Source: Chthoniobacteraceae bacterium (GTDB taxonomy: Bacteria > Verrucomicrobiota > Verrucomicrobiia > Chthoniobacterales > Chthoniobacteraceae). Taken from it: a DNA stretch of 12,876 bases. Positions 7,446 through 12,876 of the stretch are shown here, in pieces. The stretch is from NCBI GenBank assembly GCA_040081625.1, contig JBEBGD010000135.1:1-12876 (forward strand), in the 5' to 3' direction. A program made the position numbers and the translations under genes. The notes below the pieces were generated by a model. It was given only the letters and a program-made list of their open reading frames with translations. It was not told where the DNA came from and did not search any database. Position 1 is the first letter of the stretch. Each line of letters opens with the position of its first letter.

Positions 7446-8204
7446 ATGGCCGATCACCAGCTCGTCGTCAGCGATCTCACCGTCTCCTACAACCGCATCC
7501 CGGCGCTGCACCATCTCAGCTTCCATGCGCACTGCGGCGAGTGTGTCGCGTTGCTCGGGCCGAATGGCGCGGGCAAGAGCACGCTCATCAAGGCGCTGTG
7601 CGGACTCATCGCGCGCGAGACCGGCGCGATTTCATTTCATGGCCACGCCGTGCGCGGGCCGAACCGCGAGTTCGCCTACCTGCCGCAGCGCGAGCAGATC
7701 GACTGGGACTTTCCCACCACCGTGCGCGGACTCATCGAGATGGGCCGCTACGTTCACGCGGGATGGTGGCGCTGGTTTTCGCGCGAGGATGTCGCCGCCG
7801 TGGACGAGGCGATCCAGATCATGCAGCTCGAAGACCTCGTCGATCGGCAGATCAGCGCGCTCTCCGGCGGCCAGCAGCAGCGCGCCTTCCTCGCCCGCGC
7901 GCTGGCGCAGCAGGCGCACGTGTTCCTGCTCGACGAGCCTTTCACCGGCCTCGACAAGCCGACGCAGGACAATCTCAAGCAGCTCCTGCGTGAGCTGCGC
8001 GACCAGGGCAAGCTGCTGCTCATCTCGCATCACGACCTCGCGACGGTGCCGGAGATTTTCGACTCGGTGCTGCTGCTCAACGGCGAACTCATCGCGAGCG
8101 GCGCGGTGAGCGAAGCCTTCACCGAGGAGAATATCCAGCGCACCTACGGCACGCGCGCCTTCACCGGCCCGAAGTCGCGCACCGGGCTGTGGAAGGCGGA
8201 GTGA
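7446..8204 (+). CDS. Metal (Zn/Mn) ABC transporter ATP-binding protein, ZnuC/TroB/MntA family, 252 aa
   Basis: Walker A GPNGAGKS, AYLPQREQIDWDFP, signature LSGGQQQR, Walker B FLLDEPFTGLD, H-loop SHHD. Confidence 0.93.
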   Translation: MADHQLVVSDLTVSYNRIPALHHLSFHAHCGECVALLGPNGAGKSTLIKALCGLIARETGAISFHGHAVRGPNREFAYLPQREQIDWDFPTTVRGLIEMGRYVHAGWWRWFSREDVAAVDEAIQIMQLEDLVDRQISALSGGQQQRAFLARALAQQAHVFLLDEPFTGLDKPTQDNLKQLLRELRDQGKLLLISHHDLATVPEIFDSVLLLNGELIASGAVSEAFTEENIQRTYGTRAFTGPKSRTGLWKAE

Positions 8205-8236
8205 GCGGCGGCACGCCGATGCGCCCGGCAAATCGC

Positions 8237-8344
8237 GGAGTGATGCTGAAAGCGCATTCGCTCCTCATGTCACCCTGAACGAGCGAAGCGTGAGCCCGCC
8301 ATGGCGAAGCTGAAAGGGAGAACCTCGTGCAGCTTTGGTTCAGG
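8237..8344. repeat. Structured intergenic segment, possible degenerate REP-like element
   Basis: Hairpin ggagtgatgc/gcattcgctcc (8237-8264). Inverted pair cctgaac (8274-8280)/gttcagg (8338-8344) encloses aagctg (8307-8312)/cagctt (8330-8335). gctgaaag occurs twice (8245, 8309). Confidence 0.4.
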
Positions 8345-8403
8345 AAAGGCGTGGCAGCAGGAAGCGAGGACGAGGGTGGTTGCTTGTGCCGCGTGCTTTG
8401 CTC

Positions 8404-8432
8404 TTGCCAGTCCGGAGCGCGTTCCGCAGCTT
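8404..8432 (+). promoter_or_regulatory. Putative promoter of aroC
   Basis: TTGCCA (8404-8409), 17 nt, CAGCTT (8427-8432); ATG 12 nt downstream with no Shine-Dalgarno. Confidence 0.35.
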
Positions 8433-8444
8433 GCGCGGCTTTTT

Positions 8445-9530
8445 ATGTCCAGCCAGCTCGGCCAGATTTTCCGAATCTCAACGTGGGGTGAATCCCACGG
8501 TGGCGGCGTGGGCGTGGTGATCGACGGCTGCCCGCCGCGGATCGAGTTGAGTGAAGCAGACATCCAGCGCGACCTCGACCGGCGCCGGCCGGGGCAGAGC
8601 GAGATCGTGACGCCGCGCGACGAGAAGGACGAGGGGCGCATCCTGAGCGGGGTCTTCGAGGGCAAGACGCTCGGCACGCCGATCTGCATCGCGGTGATGA
8701 ACAAGGACGCGCGGCCCGAATCGTATTCGGAGATGGAGACGAAGTTCCGTCCGTCGCACGCCGACTTCACCTACGAGGCGAAATACGGGATCCGGAACTG
8801 GCAGGGCGGGGGACGTGCGTCGGCGCGCGAGACGATCGGGCGCGTCGCTGCTGCGGCGGTCGCGAAGAAGGTGCTCGCGCAGTTTTCGCCCGCACTGGAG
8901 ATCGTCGCGTATGTGAAGACGATCCACGAACTCGTCGCGGAGGTGGACGTGGAGAGCGTGAAGTTCGAGCAGGTCGAGGCGAACATCGTGCGCTGCCCGG
9001 ATGCGGCGATGGCGGAGCGGATGATCGAGTTCATCAAACAGGTGCGCAGCGACGGCGACTCGGTCGGCGGCGTGATCGAGTGCGTGGTGCGTGGCGTGCC
9101 GGCGGGGCTGGGCGAGCCGGTCTTCGACAAGCTCGAGGCTGAGCTGGCGAAGGCGATGCTCTCGCTGCCGGCGACGAAAGGCTTCGAGATCGGCAGCGGC
9201 TTCGAAGGGACGAAGATGCGCGGCAGCGAGCACAACGATGCTTTCGTCATGGAAGGCGAACGCGTGCGCACGACGACGAACCGCAGCGGCGGCGTGCAAG
9301 GCGGCATCAGCAACGGCGAGCCGATCTTCTTCCGCGTGGCCTTCAAGCCGACCGCGACCATTTTCAAATCGCAGCAGACCGTGACGACGACCGGCGAGGA
9401 CACGGAGCTGAAGGCGCGGGGGCGTCACGACCCGTGCGTGCTCCCGCGCGCGGTGCCGATGGTCGAGGCGATGACGGCGCTCGTGCTCTGCGATCACGCG
9501 CTGCGCCAGCGGGCGCAGATGGGCCGATAG
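8445..9530 (+). CDS. aroC: Chorismate synthase, 361 aa
   Basis: [85 protein letters not shown]. Start placed at ATG 8445 (MSSQLG) rather than 8301. Confidence 0.97.
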   Translation: MSSQLGQIFRISTWGESHGGGVGVVIDGCPPRIELSEADIQRDLDRRRPGQSEIVTPRDEKDEGRILSGVFEGKTLGTPICIAVMNKDARPESYSEMETKFRPSHADFTYEAKYGIRNWQGGGRASARETIGRVAAAAVAKKVLAQFSPALEIVAYVKTIHELVAEVDVESVKFEQVEANIVRCPDAAMAERMIEFIKQVRSDGDSVGGVIECVVRGVPAGLGEPVFDKLEAELAKAMLSLPATKGFEIGSGFEGTKMRGSEHNDAFVMEGERVRTTTNRSGGVQGGISNGEPIFFRVAFKPTATIFKSQQTVTTTGEDTELKARGRHDPCVLPRAVPMVEAMTALVLCDHALRQRAQMGR

Positions 9531-10346
9531 ATGGATCGCTGGACGCTCCTTTTCGGAATCGGCGCGGTGACGCTCGTGACGCTCATGACCTGGCGCGGGT
9601 GGCGGCTCGGCGTGGTGCGGCAGGCGGTGAGCATGGCCGCGCTGGTGCTCGCTTACGCGGCGGCGTGGTGGCTCGGCGGGTTTCTCATTCCGGTGCTGCG
9701 TTGGATGGAGTTTCCCGATCGCATCCTGGCGATCATCGGCGCGGTGTTCGTCGGGATGGTGGTCTATCTCGCGCTGTCGATCGCGGCGGGGATCGTCTTC
9801 AAGCGCACGTCGCAGCAGAGCGTCGGCGTGGTGAAGGTCGGGTATGGGATCTCGGGCGCGGCGCTCGGCGCGGTGTTCGGCGTCGTCCTCGTGCTCGTGT
9901 GCGCGGTGGCGATCCGGCTGCTCGGCGCGATCGCGGAGACCGAGAAGCATCCGCGGCCGGTGATTGCGAGCCTCGCGGCGATGAAGCAATCGATCGAGGC
10001 GGGCGCGACGGGGGCGATCATCGAGAAGGTCGATCCGATGCCGGAGGCTGTTTACGACACGCTCGGGAAGGTCGGCCAGCTCGCGTCGAGCCCGGCCAGC
10101 CTTGATCGTTTCTCGAGCAACCGCGACGTGCAGCGCGTCTCGTCGCATCCGAAGTTGCTCGCGCTGCGGGACGACCCGGAGGTTCAGCGTGCGATCATCG
10201 AGGGGGATTTCTTTTCGCTGCTGCGGCATCCGCTGCTCGTCGAGGCGGCGAACGATCCGGAGGTCGTGAAGCTGCTCGGCACGTTTGATTTTCAGAAGGC
10301 GCTTGAACACTCGTTGCGCCCGTCGCAGAAACTGCCGGCGCGGTAG
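9531..10346 (+). CDS. CvpA (colicin V production) family membrane protein with soluble C-terminal extension, 271 aa
   Basis: Four hydrophobic helices with the CvpA-like pattern WRGWRLGVVRQAVS and GAALGAVFG, then about 135 aa of hydrophilic helical sequence. ATG abuts the aroC TAG. Confidence 0.75.
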   Translation: MDRWTLLFGIGAVTLVTLMTWRGWRLGVVRQAVSMAALVLAYAAAWWLGGFLIPVLRWMEFPDRILAIIGAVFVGMVVYLALSIAAGIVFKRTSQQSVGVVKVGYGISGAALGAVFGVVLVLVCAVAIRLLGAIAETEKHPRPVIASLAAMKQSIEAGATGAIIEKVDPMPEAVYDTLGKVGQLASSPASLDRFSSNRDVQRVSSHPKLLALRDDPEVQRAIIEGDFFSLLRHPLLVEAANDPEVVKLLGTFDFQKALEHSLRPSQKLPAR

Positions 10347-10360
10347 CGCCCGATCAACTC

Positions 10361-10426
10361 CTTCTCCTTCTCCTTCTTCATCTCCTTCCATCACTGGGGA
10401 AGCAGATGAAGAAGGAGAAGAAGAAG
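10361..10426. repeat. Long pyrimidine/purine inverted repeat (hairpin)
   Basis: cttctccttctccttcttcatct (10361-10383) pairs with agatgaagaaggagaagaagaag (10404-10426) at 22/23 positions, plus an inner cttcc/ggaag stem. Confidence 0.85.
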
Positions 10427-10444
10427 CAGACCGCCACCTTTCCC

Positions 10445-11896
10445 ATGTCCCTCGTCCCAACCATCGGCCTCGAAGTCCACGTGCAGCTCAAGACGCGCAG
10501 CAAAATGTTTTGCGGGTGCGCGGTCGAGTTTGGCGCGGAGCCGAATACGCGCACGTGCCCGGTGTGCCTCGGCTTCCCCGGCGCGTTGCCGGTGATGAAT
10601 CGCACGGCGCTCGAGATGACCGCGCTCACGGGGCTCATGCTCGGCTGCACGGTGCCGGCGGTCTGCAAATTTGACCGGAAGAATTACTTCTACCCGGACA
10701 TGCCGAAGAACTACCAGATCACGCAATACGACCAGCCGATCTGCCTCGGCGGCGGCGTGCCGCTGGAGGAGTTTGCGTATCCGAAGGACGCGCAGAAGAG
10801 CATCGTGAATCCCGGCAAGACGGTGCGGCTCACGCGCATTCATCTCGAGGAGGACGTGGCGAAGTCGCAGCACTTCGAGAGCAGCAGCGGCATCGACTTC
10901 AACCGCGCGGGCACGCCGCTCATGGAGATCGTGAGCGAGCCGGACATCGCGTCGCCGGAGGAAGCCTTCGCGTATCTGACCGCGCTCCAGCAGATCCTCA
11001 TCTACGGCGGCGTGAGCGACGCGGACATGGAGAAGGGGCAGCTCCGCTGCGATTGCAACGTGAGCGTGGCCGAGCCGGGCGCGCCGCTGGGCGTGAAGAT
11101 CGAGATCAAGAACATGAACTCGATCAGCGCGGTGCGGCGCGCGGTGGCTTACGAGATCGTGCGGCAGACCGAGGCGGTGGAGAAGGGCGAGCGGCTCATC
11201 CAATCGACGCGGCGCTGGGACGACGACGCGGGGCGCACGTTCGAGATGCGCTCGAAGGAAAGTGCGCACGACTACCGCTACCTGCCCGATCCCGACCTGC
11301 TGCCAGTGCATACGGACGCCTTCATGGATGAAGTGCGCACGCGCCGCCCGGAGCTGCCGCATGAGAAGCGCGAGCGGTTCGTGCGCGACTTCGGCGTGAC
11401 GCCTTACGACGCCAGCGTGCTCGCGAGCGAGAAGCCGCTGGCGGATTACTTCGACGCCGCCGCGCGCGGTGCGAAGAAACCGAAGAACGTCGCGAACTGG
11501 ATCATCAACGACGTGCTCAGCTCGCTCGCCGCGGCAGGGAAGACGATCGCGGAGTGCCCGGTGAGCGCGCACGCGCTCGACGAACTGGTGAACCTGATCG
11601 ACGACGGGACGATCAGCTCGAAGCAGGGCAGGGAAGTCTTCGCGGAGATGTTCGGTGCCGGAAAATCCGCCGCGCAGATCGTCGGGGAGCGCGGGCTTAA
11701 GCAGGAGAGCGACACCGGCGCGATCGAGGCGCTCTGCCAGCAAGCGATCGCGAACAACCCGAAAGCCGTGGCCGAATACAAGTCGGGCAAGGCGCAGGCG
11801 ATCAACGCGGTCAAAGGCCAGGTGATGAAACTCTCGCAAGGAAAGGCGAACCCCGTCATGGTCAGCGAAATTCTCGAACGACTTCTCAACCAGTGA
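10445..11896 (+). CDS. gatB: Asp-tRNA(Asn)/Glu-tRNA(Gln) amidotransferase subunit B, 483 aa
   Basis: IGLEVHVQL, KMFC, CPVCLGFPGALP, FDRKNYFYPD, IHLEED, DFNRAGTPLMEIVSEP, LRCDCNVS, EIKNMNS, RSKESAHDYRY and a C-terminal YqeY-like domain. The ATG at 10406 lies inside the hairpin, so 10445 is preferred. Confidence 0.97.
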   Translation: MSLVPTIGLEVHVQLKTRSKMFCGCAVEFGAEPNTRTCPVCLGFPGALPVMNRTALEMTALTGLMLGCTVPAVCKFDRKNYFYPDMPKNYQITQYDQPICLGGGVPLEEFAYPKDAQKSIVNPGKTVRLTRIHLEEDVAKSQHFESSSGIDFNRAGTPLMEIVSEPDIASPEEAFAYLTALQQILIYGGVSDADMEKGQLRCDCNVSVAEPGAPLGVKIEIKNMNSISAVRRAVAYEIVRQTEAVEKGERLIQSTRRWDDDAGRTFEMRSKESAHDYRYLPDPDLLPVHTDAFMDEVRTRRPELPHEKRERFVRDFGVTPYDASVLASEKPLADYFDAAARGAKKPKNVANWIINDVLSSLAAAGKTIAECPVSAHALDELVNLIDDGTISSKQGREVFAEMFGAGKSAAQIVGERGLKQESDTGAIEALCQQAIANNPKAVAEYKSGKAQAINAVKGQVMKLSQGKANPVMVSEILERLLNQ

Positions 11897-12408
11897 ACAT
11901 CCGCGCCATCCTGATTCTCCTCTTCGCCTTCGCCCTGGATGCCGCCGCGCAGTCCGCGCCAAAGCGCATCCTCAGCAGCGACCTCGGAGGGCGTGAGCTG
12001 ACCTACCTGAACCGCTCCAACGAGCAGGATCTTTTGCTCATGAATCTCGCCGGGCTCGGGAAAACAAAGGGCCACAGCGAGGCGGTGCGCGTCCTCGCCG
12101 ACCTGCTCGGCACGACGCAGGAGAAGGAGCACGCGCAGCTCCTCGCGCTCGCGCGCGACAAGGGTGTGAGCCTTTCCAACTGGCCGCCCGGCGCGCTCGA
12201 CCGGCTGCGCTCGCTGCTCGATCCGTTGAAGGCGGACGCCTTCGACAAGGCGTGGCTGCGCGAAGTCACCGACCTGCTCAAGACCAGCGTGCAGAATCTC
12301 ACTGCCGGGACCGGTTCGGGCGACGCGGAGATCAAGAAGGCCGCCTCGGCGGGGCTTGCGCTCGCGGAGCTGAAGCTCGACGCCGTCGGCAAAGTCGCCG
12401 CGCGATGA
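11893..12408 (+). CDS. Secreted DUF4142-like (ferritin-like four-helix) protein, divergent, 171 aa
   Basis: Signal peptide ending AAA-Q. Helical pattern resembles DUF4142 (SEAVRVLA, LLALARDKGVSL, AFDKAWL, DAEIKKAA). GTGA overlap with gatB and ATGA overlap with the next gene. Confidence 0.65.
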   Translation: MNIRAILILLFAFALDAAAQSAPKRILSSDLGGRELTYLNRSNEQDLLLMNLAGLGKTKGHSEAVRVLADLLGTTQEKEHAQLLALARDKGVSLSNWPPGALDRLRSLLDPLKADAFDKAWLREVTDLLKTSVQNLTAGTGSGDAEIKKAASAGLALAELKLDAVGKVAAR

Positions 12409-12818
12409 GCGTGCGGGTGGATGTCGTCTATCGCGGCGAACTGCGCACCGAGGCCACGCACGGCCCGAGCGGCAGCACGCTGGTGACCGACGCGCCGCTC
12501 GACAACTGCGGACGCGGCGAACTCTTCTCCCCGACCGACCTCGTCGGCACCGCGCTCGGCACGTGCGTGCTGACGATCCTCGGCATCTACGCGCAGAAGC
12601 ATGGCCTCGAAGTGCGCGGCGCGACGGCGACGGTGGAAAAGGAAATGACGGCCGTGCCTGTGCGCCGCATCGCGAAGCTCGCGACCGAGATGCGCATCCC
12701 GCTGCCGCCGGACCATCCGCATCGCGAGCCGATCGAACGCGCGATCCTGAGCTGCCCGGTCCACGCGAGTCTTCACGCGGAGATGGAGAAGCCGGTCCGC
12801 TTCGTGTGGACGGCGTAG
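12405..12818 (+). CDS. OsmC/Ohr family protein, 137 aa
   Basis: YRGELRTEATHGPSG, TDAPLDN, FSPTDL, ALGTC and CPVHASL carry the two family cysteines. ATG at 12405 overlaps the upstream TGA. Confidence 0.9.
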   Translation: MSVRVDVVYRGELRTEATHGPSGSTLVTDAPLDNCGRGELFSPTDLVGTALGTCVLTILGIYAQKHGLEVRGATATVEKEMTAVPVRRIAKLATEMRIPLPPDHPHREPIERAILSCPVHASLHAEMEKPVRFVWTA

Positions 12819-12876
12819 CGCCCGCCCGCTCGCGGCGCGCGACGATCTGCCTGCGGATCGTGCTCGGCATTTACGC

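Noticed and set aside
8201..8278. 25-codon ORF starting at a GTGA overlap with the ATPase stop, where a permease would begin
   Set aside because: [25 protein letters not shown] has no TM character or permease similarity, so it cannot be called a pseudogene or leader peptide.
8225..8350. Possible c-di-GMP or glycine riboswitch (ggcaaa, gaaa loops, ttcagg)
   Set aside because: The conserved cores and their order do not match either family as I know them; an Rfam scan would be needed.
8301..8444. 48-aa N-terminal extension of AroC
   Set aside because: AroC family proteins begin a few residues before the T-x-GESHG motif; the extension overlaps the repeat-like segment and putative promoter.
10406..10444. 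Lys-rich N-terminal extension of GatB (MKKEKKKQ)
   Set aside because: It is the translation of the purine arm of the hairpin; GatB homology starts at ATG 10445.
92..12870. Many long antisense or alternate-frame ORFs (e.g. 92-1309, 3977-5389, 6093-7532, 6518-7993, 8478-10460, 10391-11962, 11446-12870)
   Set aside because: They are Arg/Ala/His-rich shadows of well-supported genes, with no recognisable motifs, as expected from GC-rich codon bias.
12842..12876. Hairpin acgatc/gatcgt and a 14-nt near-copy (ctcggcatttacgc) of an OsmC-internal sequence
   Set aside because: Too short, cut by the window edge and compatible with chance.
1..12876. CRISPR array, tRNA/rRNA, transposase, prophage or defence genes
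   Set aside because: No regularly spaced direct repeats, RNA gene signatures or corresponding protein motifs were seen.

Overview
A GC-rich, gene-dense bacterial window made mostly of housekeeping genes. The LpxC-FabZ fusion, the membrane-anchored QW-repeat barrel protein, the scarcity of Shine-Dalgarno sites and the style of intergenic repeats suggest the PVC superphylum, probably Verrucomicrobiota; this is inference, not a database result. Gene order: REP/MITE-like palindrome, lpxC-fabZ fusion, lpxA, membrane-anchored prenyltransferase/squalene-cyclase-repeat protein (all +), murA and prmC (-), then a Zn/Mn ABC solute-binding protein, an unknown membrane-anchored protein, an ABC ATPase (no permease), aroC, a CvpA-family gene, gatB, a DUF4142-like secreted protein and an OsmC-family gene (all +). 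I found no rRNA, tRNA, CRISPR array, transposase or defence system. The best leads are: (1) an alpha/alpha-barrel protein with a TonB/TolA-like S-x3-H anchor and Pro-rich linker; (2) a metal ABC cassette with an uncharacterised gene between binding protein and ATPase and no permease; (3) three different intergenic palindromic elements; (4) apparent short-leader promoters, including a divergent pair sharing one palindromic -35; (5) a DUF4142-like protein that seems to have lost its metal ligands.
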